From: a virus
Taxonomy: Duplodnaviria; Caudoviricetes
Reading direction: 5' to 3' (one strand)
Virus record (IMG/VR): IMGVR_UViG_3300025358_000002
Span: 42,866 to 106,865 of that record
Length of the DNA stretch: 64,000 nt
In this document: positions 48,246-58,618 of the stretch, piece by piece
How positions within the stretch are numbered: position 1 is the stretch's first letter
Layout: each line of letters opens with the position of its first letter
The notes under the pieces: generated by a model
What the model saw: only the letters and a program-made list of their open reading frames with translations
Database searches by the model: none
What the model was told of the DNA's origin: nothing
Program-made: the position numbers and the translations under genes

Positions 48246-51200
48246 TGAAAATTAGTGAACTGTTTAGAACAAGAGAAGCAGCAACCTTCGCTGCTGAACC
48301 AGCAGAAAACCCGTCTCTCCCAGGGCACGAGGACTGTAACTGCGCCGACCTGTTCTTTGACAAAGACAAGTCCGCTGAAATAAAGTCTGCTGTTAGCAGT
48401 GGTAGCATGAGCCGCACATCTTTTCACCGCAGAGTAATGAACAGAATTTTTGAACTCATGCACGGACCAGAAGAAGGTCGTGCTGATGCTGCAAATAAAC
48501 TAGGACAAATGAAGCGCAAGATTCCCGTTGAAGGTAACCCTGGCCAGGAGTGGGAGCGTCACTGGCTTATGCACTTCCTAAGTTCTGGGTTTAATCACAG
48601 AGATCTTGGTTTTAGAGACTATGAAATTGGTGAAGACTACAGGAGGGGTCAGTCAGTTGCTTCTAGACTGGTTAGAACCGTTGCAGAATCCTCGCCAAGA
48701 TACAACAGAGAGAATTGTGGAACGTGCAACCAATACCTCACTGAGCTTCAGAACAGTGCTCGTGAATTAAATGACGAGATGCAAAGAAACAACGAGAAGC
48801 TGCCAAAAGACATGGGTCGTACCATGGCGGAATCGAAATCACGTCTTACGTTTAAGCGTATCTGGGACTCTTGGACTGGTAAGCAGCCTGTAAAGGACAA
48901 TGATCACCCTATTGTCAAGCGTGGCAACAAGATGCTGAAGCGTTGGAATACTCACACGGTTAGAGACCACGGTGTTGAGCTAGACTTTGACAGCCACCTT
49001 AAGCACACTCCAATTTCTATCGATCCATTGGGTAAGAGACTGGAAGCAAGATACCGTGATTTCGAGGACCTTGCGCCTGGGTGGAGCATTTCTACTCGAG
49101 CAGATATCCCAGTACAAGAACTTAGCCGGGATACGACTAACATGCTTGAAGGAGCATTCCCATTCCGCGAAATCTACGATCGCTACCTCTCTCCATTGGA
49201 TACCAACGTCAACGAAGAACAAGCCAATGACATGCTAGAGACCATGAAGATGCGTGGCGAAGCAGAGCAATATACGTTAGAGCCAATGAAAAAGAAGTTC
49301 AGAATCATTCAACCGCCGCGCTCTAACTTAAACAGAAGAGAGCGTCAAAAATTCGAGGGTAGAACAGATGGAGAACTGGCTCAGTGTCCTGTTAGAGTGC
49401 GGAGAGACTTCCAAATAAACAGGCTAAACTACCACCATCTCATTGAAGTACCGGATCACCTTAAAAACTTTTACCCCAATGGCATGTGCACAGAATGTAT
49501 GAAGCAAGGGTGTGATGGTTGGCATGGACTCCCACGCCACACTGAAACTATACTCGACATGCGTCCTCACGAAGTTAGAAGGGCGGAGGGTCAAGAAGTA
49601 GGTGAAGATGATCCTGAGTGGGATAATCTGAGCGAAAAGGAAAAGTTCGAATTACAGCAAACAACAGATGCTCACGATGATTATCTCTCTCCGTTGCCAA
49701 AGGCTGATCTTAGAGGTGAAAATGGCGTATGCGAAAACTGCGAACGTCCTGGATGCGATGGTAAAGAATGCCACAATATTCCTTCAGTATATGTAAGGGA
49801 TGTTCAGCCAAACCCTGTCACCATTACCGAGACGCCGCGTGTCACCGTATACGACCGCGGTGGCAATCAATTCTATGAGCGTAAAACAGTCGGCAATGAA
49901 CTAACCTATGAACCCGATACAACAAACTGGATGGCTCGTCCCATTGAGTACAATACTGATCGTCCAGAAATCCAACCCACTTACACCAACCACAAGTCAG
50001 CTGATGGAAATTGCACAAAGTGTGACAAGCCAGGTTGCAGCGGGTGGCACCAGGATGAAGGCTTCGCTGACCTCCAGCGTATCCCAAGACAGGATGCATT
50101 CCTCTTCCAGCGTGCTCGCATGCGTCCTAACCTAGAAGCTTTTGATGATTACCACCGTAGTCTTGAACGTTATAACAAACAGCCAAAGAGTAGAAGACTA
50201 CCTGATGTTGTTACGCAAGAACCACGCACTGAGCTGGTTCCGTTGAAGTCTAGAGTAACAGAATTCTCATACCCAACCGTAGAAAAAATTGGTCCTCAAT
50301 ATTTGAACCCGGCACGTGTGTTAACGCGCGACGTGACAAGAGTAATTCCCGAAGGCGCAAGAGCTATACCGGGCGAGGAACGCGATGTCACGTATAGCTA
50401 TGAGCGAGTGCCATCCATTGACAAAGATACTGGCAAGCAGATCATTGATACAGTTACACGTCCAGTATATGAAGATATTCCAGAGCATGAGCTCACACAC
50501 CAAAAACCATCTGATTCCCAGCTAACTGCTGCTATCAGAGACTACACCAATTCACACAGCCGAGCACTTCGAGCAGCCTATCCAGGTATGTCAAGAAGTG
50601 AAGCATTGGATGCACTTGCTGCCGACCACGCTAAAGAAATGAAGCGTTATGAAAGCCAGCGTGAGCGATTCCGTACATCATCAAAGAAAGAAGACATTAT
50701 GTCAAAATTTAATTCACGTTATGAAAAGGAAGCGAACATCGGTCCTGATTTGATTCACAGTCTCTACGATCTGGGTAAGGCTGTTGTTGGTCCGGTTGTT
50801 GATCAGGTCAGATCGGTGGGTGATGTTATCCACGATATTGCAACGCAAGACAACGGCATTATCGGTGAGAACCTTCGCAACCACACGGTAACCTACTCTC
50901 CTCAACAGCTAGCAGCTGATGCAGCACAACGTGCGCGTGAACACACGGACTTTGCCGGTGCAGTACGAGGATTAGGCGAAGAAGGTTTAGCTGGTATCTT
51001 GCTTAATAAAGAAAGAATCAAGGACTTTGCTCGTCACAACTTTGGCATCGGTGGTAAGCACACGCGTCCACGTGGACAAGAACAAGAGCATCCAATCGAT
51101 CATGAAGATCCAGAGATGGCTCTCAGATACCTTGAAAAGTGGGACAGAGAGAAGAACACCAGAGGTGCTAGCTTCTCAGAGCGTTTCGCTGCGGAAAAGA

Positions 51201-51313
51201 AGAAGCCTCCATGCGAAAAGTGTGGAAAGCACTGCTCAGATAAGGTAGAATGCAAGTCTAACCAGGATGATCGTCGACGCCAGCAAGCAGCTGACAACGC
51301 GTTCAACGACTAA
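48245..51313 (+). CDS. large modular protein with Zn-binding repeats and internal FxxR[Y/F] tags
   Basis: 1022 aa; 3x GxCxxCxxxGCxG repeats; internal MSKFNSRYEKEA and ASFSERFAAE. Confidence 0.7.
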   Translation: MKISELFRTREAATFAAEPAENPSLPGHEDCNCADLFFDKDKSAEIKSAVSSGSMSRTSFHRRVMNRIFELMHGPEEGRADAANKLGQMKRKIPVEGNPGQEWERHWLMHFLSSGFNHRDLGFRDYEIGEDYRRGQSVASRLVRTVAESSPRYNRENCGTCNQYLTELQNSARELNDEMQRNNEKLPKDMGRTMAESKSRLTFKRIWDSWTGKQPVKDNDHPIVKRGNKMLKRWNTHTVRDHGVELDFDSHLKHTPISIDPLGKRLEARYRDFEDLAPGWSISTRADIPVQELSRDTTNMLEGAFPFREIYDRYLSPLDTNVNEEQANDMLETMKMRGEAEQYTLEPMKKKFRIIQPPRSNLNRRERQKFEGRTDGELAQCPVRVRRDFQINRLNYHHLIEVPDHLKNFYPNGMCTECMKQGCDGWHGLPRHTETILDMRPHEVRRAEGQEVGEDDPEWDNLSEKEKFELQQTTDAHDDYLSPLPKADLRGENGVCENCERPGCDGKECHNIPSVYVRDVQPNPVTITETPRVTVYDRGGNQFYERKTVGNELTYEPDTTNWMARPIEYNTDRPEIQPTYTNHKSADGNCTKCDKPGCSGWHQDEGFADLQRIPRQDAFLFQRARMRPNLEAFDDYHRSLERYNKQPKSRRLPDVVTQEPRTELVPLKSRVTEFSYPTVEKIGPQYLNPARVLTRDVTRVIPEGARAIPGEERDVTYSYERVPSIDKDTGKQIIDTVTRPVYEDIPEHELTHQKPSDSQLTAAIRDYTNSHSRALRAAYPGMSRSEALDALAADHAKEMKRYESQRERFRTSSKKEDIMSKFNSRYEKEANIGPDLIHSLYDLGKAVVGPVVDQVRSVGDVIHDIATQDNGIIGENLRNHTVTYSPQQLAADAAQRAREHTDFAGAVRGLGEEGLAGILLNKERIKDFARHNFGIGGKHTRPRGQEQEHPIDHEDPEMALRYLEKWDREKNTRGASFSERFAAEKKKPPCEKCGKHCSDKVECKSNQDDRRRQQAADNAFND

Positions 51314-51325
51314 GAAAGATAAGCA

Positions 51326-51826
51326 ATGACAACAGACATCAACGAAATTGGTGGTATCCGTCCAGAGGATGTGAAGGTTACGCCCGAACAACAAGCACAG
51401 ATCAACGCATATCTTGCAGAGCAGAAGCGTGAAGAAGAAGAGCTTGGCAAGGAACAGCCTATCGAGCTTATGGAATCAGAGCTCATGGACGTATGGCACC
51501 TTCTCCAGGAACTCCAGTACAAGTATGGTAACCGTCCCGGTACCTTTGCTAACCTAACGTCTCTTCGCAATGAGGCTGACGAGAAGTTCCATGCTCTTGG
51601 TTTTCAAGTTGTTGTTGACTGGGTTATGCCGGGTTTGATGCAGCTTAACGGTCAGGCATCACCTGAGCCTCCCACCATCACTATCGTTGGTCGTGTCGAT
51701 GGATCAGAGTACAACCCTGAACAGAACCGTTACGAGACGGGTGCCGGTGTGGCCGACGCATACTATGATGCTAAGCGTCAGTCATTGGGCATGAGCAACA
51801 AAAAGCTTATCCTACCAGGTCAGTAG
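51326..51826 (+). CDS. hypothetical protein
   Basis: AGAAAG RBS, 166 aa. Confidence 0.7.
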   Translation: MTTDINEIGGIRPEDVKVTPEQQAQINAYLAEQKREEEELGKEQPIELMESELMDVWHLLQELQYKYGNRPGTFANLTSLRNEADEKFHALGFQVVVDWVMPGLMQLNGQASPEPPTITIVGRVDGSEYNPEQNRYETGAGVADAYYDAKRQSLGMSNKKLILPGQ

Positions 51827-51834
51827 GTTTAAAT

Positions 51835-53445
51835 ATGAGTTGGCTTGCTAGGTTTCGTGATAGAGCAATAAAAATTGCTCGTAATGACGATGACCACGTC
51901 GATGATGAAGATCGTCCGTGGCCAAAGGTTGATGATCAAGAGCCTAATTTTTTGTCGATGCTCGACGCCAACCGAAACAACCAGCAAGTAACACTTGAAT
52001 ATCCTAATGAACTTCTAACACCAAGGACTAACCCGGAGCGTGAGCCTGGTCTAGATACACACACTATTATCCCCGTAACCGTTGGTGCTAGGGATGGTCG
52101 TGGTGATTGGATGCACTCCAGTGTAAACGCATATTGTTTAACGCACGGTGAATGGCATGGCATGGCCTCGCCAAAACATATGCAGAACATAAGAGACATT
52201 GGCCCAAGTCCTTTGCCTGCTCTGCCAGAAGACCCAAGAATTGCTGAGCATAGAAAAGTTCTGGAGCAACAAGAGCGGGACTTGCGCGACCTCTTGCCAC
52301 AAGTACAGCAGACAAGCTGGACTCCACCTGCTGATGATGAAGGTGCTAAATGGCACCCGCACATTCAACGTGCTATCGACAACGAGCAAGAGTTTGACAT
52401 GCTTTACACAAAAGCAAAAGAGAGTCAAGCTAGACGTTACGTCGTTATTCCGACGCAGCTCGGCCCGTCACCCAATGGTAAATCGGTTTACATGCGAGGG
52501 TATGATCCTACTGGTGGGATGTTTAAAACATTCTTGACTGGTCGCATCAACCAGATTAACCCTAAGTTCCGTCCACGCTCAATAGAAATTGGTCAAGATC
52601 TTGAACCACTAACGTATCCTGACACACAGAAAGCTCCATCATCTGGGTTCGTTTCAGAAAATCCATCTGAACTTTCTTTCTATAATATAAATGAAGACCG
52701 AGGCCCAGTACAGCCTACTGACGAAGAGTACGATGAGCTGCGTAGACTTGACATCGATCCAGATACTCACGACAAGGCTACCATTAGGCGTTTGCGTAAT
52801 AAGGGTATCACTCACCTACAAATCAAGAGTGCTGCTGAAGAGCATGGCCTGCCTTACGAAGACTACGAAAGTGCTTTGGTTGACACAGGGTACAACCACG
52901 AAATGGCAGTAGAAGAAGCGAAGAAGTATAGACAGCACGACACCCACATTATTGCTAAGAACAAAGAGATTAGAAGCAAATATCCTAATTTAAATGCTGA
53001 CAATCGTTTGTCTGACCAAGACTACAAAGATACTCTTGAAGTGCTGTTCAAGCACCACCTTACTCTAAAGAACCTTGCAAGCAGCGAACTCGAGTCACCG
53101 TATGAGGATACTCCTGGGCGTGAACGTGCACATGAATGGATTTTAAGCGAGCTGGCTAAGCTAGATCCTTCGCTTAAGCCGCACGTTACACGCAATACAT
53201 ATTCTAATAAGAGCAACATCCTTCCAGAAGAAGGGTACTACGCTCTACTATCGGATCTTCGTGCGCACCACAACCTCGGTATTGCTGAAGTTGGTCTGCC
53301 AGATGCTAGTGGTGCTGAGCCAACTAGCGATTCATCTCACAGAAGATATATTGTTGAGCGACGCAAGCTCGATGCTTTGACGCGTGTTGCCAATAGTAAA
53401 TTCTATCCACAAGAATACATCCCTCAACTGTATGAGGAAGATTGA
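51835..53445 (+). CDS. multi-domain protein containing a WYL-like domain
   Basis: AIDNEQEFDMLY...RYVVIPTQL...YMRGYD...KTFLTGRI; N-terminus MSWLARF. Confidence 0.6.
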   Translation: MSWLARFRDRAIKIARNDDDHVDDEDRPWPKVDDQEPNFLSMLDANRNNQQVTLEYPNELLTPRTNPEREPGLDTHTIIPVTVGARDGRGDWMHSSVNAYCLTHGEWHGMASPKHMQNIRDIGPSPLPALPEDPRIAEHRKVLEQQERDLRDLLPQVQQTSWTPPADDEGAKWHPHIQRAIDNEQEFDMLYTKAKESQARRYVVIPTQLGPSPNGKSVYMRGYDPTGGMFKTFLTGRINQINPKFRPRSIEIGQDLEPLTYPDTQKAPSSGFVSENPSELSFYNINEDRGPVQPTDEEYDELRRLDIDPDTHDKATIRRLRNKGITHLQIKSAAEEHGLPYEDYESALVDTGYNHEMAVEEAKKYRQHDTHIIAKNKEIRSKYPNLNADNRLSDQDYKDTLEVLFKHHLTLKNLASSELESPYEDTPGRERAHEWILSELAKLDPSLKPHVTRNTYSNKSNILPEEGYYALLSDLRAHHNLGIAEVGLPDASGAEPTSDSSHRRYIVERRKLDALTRVANSKFYPQEYIPQLYEED

Positions 53446-54272
53446 TTATGTTCAACAGTAGACAAGCATCGGCGGGTCCTGACGGTATCCGCCACGAGAA
53501 CGAACGCAAGCTAGTTGGTTTTGACACCGAAACAACTGGTTTGTGGAAGCCTGGTCAGGGCGACGACGTACAAGAACCTATCTCTTATTCGTTTGTTCCT
53601 TATATTGATGGCAAGCCGCTTGGTCGTCCAATCTCTTTCCTTGCACGTCCTGCTACGCCTACGCTATACGGTATGCACCCAGCAGCCATCGAGACGCACG
53701 GATGGGAACCTGAAATGGTTGACAGTGCATTCCGTGGCGACCATGTCATGCACAGAGAGATTGTTGATCTAGGCAGAGGACAAAGCGCTGTTGTTAGAAG
53801 AACGTACCAGCCTGCTGTCGACAGTGAATCGGGAATCATCCGAGCAGCACAGTTGCTCGGTCATTTTCAACGTCGTGGGTTTACTATCGTCGGTGCCAAC
53901 GTCAAGGGCTTTGACATTGACATGCTTCACCACCACTACAGACGTTTAACGAATGAACCTATTCAAACTAGTGGATTTGATCCATCAACTGCCGACATCT
54001 TTGACGTTATCCAAAACCATTGGTTGATGGAAGGCGAGCCTCGTAAAGAAAATGGCGATCAAATTAGACGTAGGATGTCAGATCCTAAGGTTGCCCCGCC
54101 ATATCCTAAAAAAAGAGCCACATTGTCTGATGTTTATGGGGTACAGCCTGGTGACCACACCGCTGAGCAAGACGCAAGAACTTCTGTTGAGATCGCTTTG
54201 CGCCAAATAGCAACACAACAACGCCGTGACAACGGCGAAAACGTACCATTTGATTACAGAGGATATCAGTAA
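53442..54272 (+). CDS. DEDDh (DnaQ-like) 3'-5' exonuclease
   Basis: FDTETTG, HG, GANVKGFD, HTAEQD; N-terminus FNSRQAS; start may be ATG 53448. Confidence 0.8.
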   Translation: MIMFNSRQASAGPDGIRHENERKLVGFDTETTGLWKPGQGDDVQEPISYSFVPYIDGKPLGRPISFLARPATPTLYGMHPAAIETHGWEPEMVDSAFRGDHVMHREIVDLGRGQSAVVRRTYQPAVDSESGIIRAAQLLGHFQRRGFTIVGANVKGFDIDMLHHHYRRLTNEPIQTSGFDPSTADIFDVIQNHWLMEGEPRKENGDQIRRRMSDPKVAPPYPKKRATLSDVYGVQPGDHTAEQDARTSVEIALRQIATQQRRDNGENVPFDYRGYQ

Positions 54273-54273
54273 A

Positions 54274-54540
54274 ATGAGCTGGGATTTAAACTATATTATA
54301 GAGAAGGCTGCAAATCCTAAGACCGCATCGGTTGGTGCAAGTGGTCTGGATTACAGCCAATTTACGCCGTGTTCTGGTAATTCTGAGTGTGGTACATGCA
54401 AGCACATCCAATCGGTCATGGATGAGAACAAAGATGAAGAGACCGGAAAAGTGATTGACAAGGAATCTGACAATATTCATAAACAGGCATTGGACTTCCA
54501 CCAGAACAAGGTGCCCGGTTTCGCAAAGGACAACCAATGA
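54274..54540 (+). CDS. small Cys-containing protein
   Basis: MSWDLNYIIEKAANPKTAS...C...CGTC...H; start moved to ATG 54274. Confidence 0.6.
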   Translation: MSWDLNYIIEKAANPKTASVGASGLDYSQFTPCSGNSECGTCKHIQSVMDENKDEETGKVIDKESDNIHKQALDFHQNKVPGFAKDNQ

Positions 54541-55604
54541 GAAAAGTATCTAGAGCATCAGAGCAAGAAGCACAGCTCAACTTCCGCACAGCAAAGCCAT
54601 TGCCAACGTACCCTGACACAGACCGTGCTCAGGACATTGCTAGTGGTGTAGGTCCAGACCCACACGACCCAACTGAAAAAGACCCCAAAAAGGGCGACCC
54701 AATGCCAGCAAAGAAGGTCACCCCTAAGCCTGCTGGTGAAGACAATGACAAGTATGATAAGCAACTTGATGCTGCTAAGGGTAACAAGGCCGTAACGCCT
54801 CAAAACATTTCTTTTATGAAGCAAGAAGACAACGCTGCTGACATCAGAAACCACCAGAAGCCAGAGTACCCAGGTCTTGGCACTGTGCCAATTCCTACGG
54901 GCAACAACAGCAATGCTCAGGGATCTATAACATCATGGACCAACCCTCGAAAGGCTAGCTTCAATGAACGCTATGCTAGTGAACAGGGCGAGGGTGGTAA
55001 GTTTAAGCCACCGGCAGGTGTGATCTCTGCTGCGAAGCACGCACTTGAACTGATCGCTGCAGGCAAGGCCGGTGATGGTTTTACTAGCGTAGGTCGTCAC
55101 CGCGCACACCAGCTCGCTGCAGGTGAAATGGTTCCTCTTAGTGACATCAAGCGCATGCACTCATACTTCTCACGCCACGGCGTTGACAAGAAGGGTAAGG
55201 ACTGGAACAATGACAGCCCCGGTAAGGTAGCCTGGCTTGCATGGGGTGGAGACGCCGGTAAGTCATGGGCCGCTAGCATCGTTTCAAAGCATGGCGGCGG
55301 GGATAACAAGAAGGAAGCATCTGGGGATGCAATACCACTTGGACCTTCAAGCATGGACTTTAGTCAGTCACAAATTGATGCTCCATGCCAAATTTATCAC
55401 TTTAGCCACGTAGATCATCGCAACCCAAACATGCATTGGTGTACCTGCGGAAATCTTGAAAACGATCATAGCATACACAGCCGATATAATGGTTATAGAT
55501 TGTATGGGGATAAAAGGTTCTTAAGTGGAGAGAAGGAAGCCAACGTATCTATGGACCCCAACGACTGGCGCAACGAGTACTTCAATCTAGATTCAGATTG
55601 GTAA
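54537..55604 (+). CDS. modular virion-associated protein (putative)
   Basis: Contains PP..V...A...T.VG..RA.QLA...IKRM.SYFSRH...SPG.VAW..WGGDAG..W domain seen in phage head regions, flanked by ASFNERYASE and KEA motifs. Confidence 0.65.
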   Translation: MRKVSRASEQEAQLNFRTAKPLPTYPDTDRAQDIASGVGPDPHDPTEKDPKKGDPMPAKKVTPKPAGEDNDKYDKQLDAAKGNKAVTPQNISFMKQEDNAADIRNHQKPEYPGLGTVPIPTGNNSNAQGSITSWTNPRKASFNERYASEQGEGGKFKPPAGVISAAKHALELIAAGKAGDGFTSVGRHRAHQLAAGEMVPLSDIKRMHSYFSRHGVDKKGKDWNNDSPGKVAWLAWGGDAGKSWAASIVSKHGGGDNKKEASGDAIPLGPSSMDFSQSQIDAPCQIYHFSHVDHRNPNMHWCTCGNLENDHSIHSRYNGYRLYGDKRFLSGEKEANVSMDPNDWRNEYFNLDSDW

Positions 55605-55607
55605 ACC

Positions 55608-55952
55608 ATGGATTGGCAACGCCGTTACGCAATGAATGAAGATGAGTTCACTAAAGCCATGGGCTATTATTGCAACGTCGGCAACCACTATGTCAATAAA
55701 GAACCTGTATGTGATACAGAGGGATGTGAGTGGATAGGTTATCCAGAAGCAGAATTGCTTCTTGGTGATGTAGGCGGTAACATAGAAGGCATTGGGAATA
55801 ACGATCACTCTCCACTATGTCAGTTCGCTTGCAATGATCACAGATACATTAAGTGCGAAAGATGTGGTGAGGTTACGAACCCAACATACTCTAAAGGTAC
55901 TAAACTAAAAAAATGCAGAGACTGTCGTCGTGCATTAGGCGAAAGATATTAA
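55608..55952 (+). CDS. Cys-rich hypothetical protein
   Basis: MDWQRRYA N-terminus; several CxxC. Confidence 0.6.
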   Translation: MDWQRRYAMNEDEFTKAMGYYCNVGNHYVNKEPVCDTEGCEWIGYPEAELLLGDVGGNIEGIGNNDHSPLCQFACNDHRYIKCERCGEVTNPTYSKGTKLKKCRDCRRALGERY

Positions 55953-55955
55953 GCC

Positions 55956-57959
55956 TTGCCAAAAGTAACTAGAAATAGTAACCAAAACATTCTGAAGAGT
56001 CAGCAGGACTTCTTCGAGATTGCCAAGAACAGCCTACGTGGCGAGAAGGACATCCCTGATATCGTCACGTTCGCGGAGAGCCCACACTTCCTTAATGGTA
56101 GTAAACTATTCCCACGTCAGAAGACTCTGCTTAAGTTAATTATGCTAGAGACAGAGAGCCTCACTGAATATGACTACGCTGTCATTGAGGAGTGGACGAA
56201 GAACTTCGATCCAACGGGCACACGCATTGGTGTAAGCCCTGACATCATGGATCGAATAGCTTATCTTAAGGACAATGGCTACAGTCATTTCCGTGAAGTA
56301 GTGAACATCACTGGTCGTCGTGGTGGTAAAGGACACATCGGTGGTATCCTGGGTGCGTACAAAAACTGGCAGCTGCTTATGCTAGATGACCCCCAGTACT
56401 ACTACAACATCGACAAGTCAAAGGACCTCTACTTATTCTGCGTGGCTACGAACATTGAGCAGGCCGCCAAGTATCAGTTTGCTGACCTCTCCAACGCTAT
56501 CATTAACGGCCCATGCTTCAAGCCGTACATCGCTGACGTGAAGGAACGCTTCCTGGCTCTCCGTACTCCCTCAGACGTGCGGAGAATCGCTGCGTTTGAA
56601 TCGCAGGGCATCAGACCTAGCCGATTGATTGCGTCAGTACGTAACATGGCTGTCACCTCTAACTCCAAGGCTTCCCGTGGTGCTGCTGCGTTTGCTGTAA
56701 TGTTCGACGAGTTCGCTCACATGCTTGTAGGTACAGGTGGTGCGAGAACATCCGAGGAAGTTTACAACGCCATTACCCCTGCGTTGGACCAGATGGGTAA
56801 GGATGGATTGATCTACATCCCCACGTCTCCGTTCACCAAGGTAGGCAAGGCATACAACCTGTATGAATCTGCTCTTGAAAAAGATGAGGATGGTAAGCCA
56901 GCTTATCCTAACATGATGATGGCACAGCTTCCTTCGTGGGGCCCTTATGAGGACTGGGACAACCCAGTTGTTACGCAAGGCTATACATTCCGCAACTCAC
57001 CACAGAAGTATGACGACCAGATGAAGTCCCTGGAGCGTCGTGAACCTGATGTATTCAAGGTAGAGCGTATGTCTCAATGGGCTGAAGTTACCAATGCTTA
57101 CCTCAACCCCAAGCTTGTGGATCGTATGTTCGAGCCCTTCAAGGATGCTAAGGGTGAGATGCGAGAGCTTGAGCCTGTGTACGAGGGTAAGTTTAATGTA
57201 ATTTATCATGGTCACTGCGACCCCTCAAAATCTGGTGCCAACACAGCTTCAATGATCTGTCACGTCGAAAAAATCCCTGACCCCGAAGATGGTGAAGAGT
57301 GGTACCACGTCGTAGTAGACTGGATTAAGGTGTGGGATCCTGAGAACTACCCAGACAACCAGATTAACTACGAAGAGATCGAAGAAGAACTAGTAGATAT
57401 CATCTGTCAGTTCCGAACAATGAAGGTGTTCTCCTTCGACCAGTACGGTGCGTTCGTCACTCTACCTAGACTAAAGCGTAGACTACAGCAGATGAACCCG
57501 CCGCACAAGGTCAAGATCCGTGAAGAGAAGTTCACCAAAGAAAGCAACATGCGTCGCGCTGAGCGTTTCAAGTCTGCTCTTGGTATGAACTGGGTCCACT
57601 CGTATCGTGACCCGTTTGGTCCTAACGAGACTAGTCTATTGGAACAGGAGCTCAAGTTCCTTCAGGAAATCAATGGGCGTGTAGATAAGCAGAAGTTTGG
57701 ACCTATCCGTACGTCTGACCTCTCTGACTGCTTGATGGTCTGTGTTGATGCTTTGCTCGAAGACAACTTTATTAAGCTAGAGATGCGAGAGAAGCTTGGT
57801 CAGACACAGTTGTTGTCTGGTTCTCAGGGTGGTTATCACACAACCAATGCTAACGATATGCAACCTGTATCGGCTAGAGATCGCCTAAGAGTATTCGGCG
57901 CACAACGTGCACAAAGAGATTACGGTGGTATGTCCCGTGGAAGGCCAGGTAGACGATGA
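55956..57959 (+). CDS. terL: terminase large subunit
   Basis: LFPRQ, GRRGGKG Walker A, FDEFAH Walker B, PTSP, nuclease HCDPS, FDQY, SDLSD. Confidence 0.9.
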   Translation: MPKVTRNSNQNILKSQQDFFEIAKNSLRGEKDIPDIVTFAESPHFLNGSKLFPRQKTLLKLIMLETESLTEYDYAVIEEWTKNFDPTGTRIGVSPDIMDRIAYLKDNGYSHFREVVNITGRRGGKGHIGGILGAYKNWQLLMLDDPQYYYNIDKSKDLYLFCVATNIEQAAKYQFADLSNAIINGPCFKPYIADVKERFLALRTPSDVRRIAAFESQGIRPSRLIASVRNMAVTSNSKASRGAAAFAVMFDEFAHMLVGTGGARTSEEVYNAITPALDQMGKDGLIYIPTSPFTKVGKAYNLYESALEKDEDGKPAYPNMMMAQLPSWGPYEDWDNPVVTQGYTFRNSPQKYDDQMKSLERREPDVFKVERMSQWAEVTNAYLNPKLVDRMFEPFKDAKGEMRELEPVYEGKFNVIYHGHCDPSKSGANTASMICHVEKIPDPEDGEEWYHVVVDWIKVWDPENYPDNQINYEEIEEELVDIICQFRTMKVFSFDQYGAFVTLPRLKRRLQQMNPPHKVKIREEKFTKESNMRRAERFKSALGMNWVHSYRDPFGPNETSLLEQELKFLQEINGRVDKQKFGPIRTSDLSDCLMVCVDALLEDNFIKLEMREKLGQTQLLSGSQGGYHTTNANDMQPVSARDRLRVFGAQRAQRDYGGMSRGRPGRR

Positions 57960-58618
57960 ATTGGTCTATTAGATACGCTAGCGAACGCCCAGACATAAGT
58001 TTTAGCCAAGCGGTTCAAATCGCTAAAGATAGAGCAGCTAATGCTGTCCCATTTACTGGCAACCAAAACGAACCAATTGTAGGTTTTACTGGAGAGACGG
58101 GCAGTATCTATAGAAGATTGCCACGAACTGTACCAACTGGAGAATTATGGACGCCAGGCGGAGAATGGCCACAATGGGATAGAGTTAAAAGCCAAGAACA
58201 ACAAATTATGCACGAAGTACAATTAGGTGCCGGAGAAGTTCAAACAAGATATAAAAAACCAAAAGATATTTCTTTGTGGTTACACCCACAGGTAAACGAA
58301 GACGCTTCTAATCTAGTTTTAAGCCCTATTGGTTTGCATATATTGACAAAAGATGAATATTATGCAAAAGATTATGATCCTAACGATAAGAATTCTATGC
58401 TTGCAAAGACAGTTGATGGTCCTTTGCTAATCCATGGTACACATTGGAGCCATATGCCAATAAATGGTTGGCACACTCACGAATTTAACATAATTGCAAA
58501 TGCGCTTGCGTACCATTCACACTCTGGTCATCCACCAGTAACCATTCATTATGGTGGCTTACCTGAAGGTGCTGATGAATTGTTCCGTAAGTATGAAGGT
58601 ACTGATTTAATATGGTAA
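57956..58618 (+). CDS. hypothetical protein with NWSIRYA tag
   Basis: 220 aa, ATGA-coupled to terminase. Confidence 0.65.
   Translation: MNWSIRYASERPDISFSQAVQIAKDRAANAVPFTGNQNEPIVGFTGETGSIYRRLPRTVPTGELWTPGGEWPQWDRVKSQEQQIMHEVQLGAGEVQTRYKKPKDISLWLHPQVNEDASNLVLSPIGLHILTKDEYYAKDYDPNDKNSMLAKTVDGPLLIHGTHWSHMPINGWHTHEFNIIANALAYHSHSGHPPVTIHYGGLPEGADELFRKYEGTDLIW

Noticed and set aside
57956-58618. ADP-ribosyltransferase call from LIHGT
   Set aside because: Motif lies too near the C-terminus and the other ART motifs are not evident
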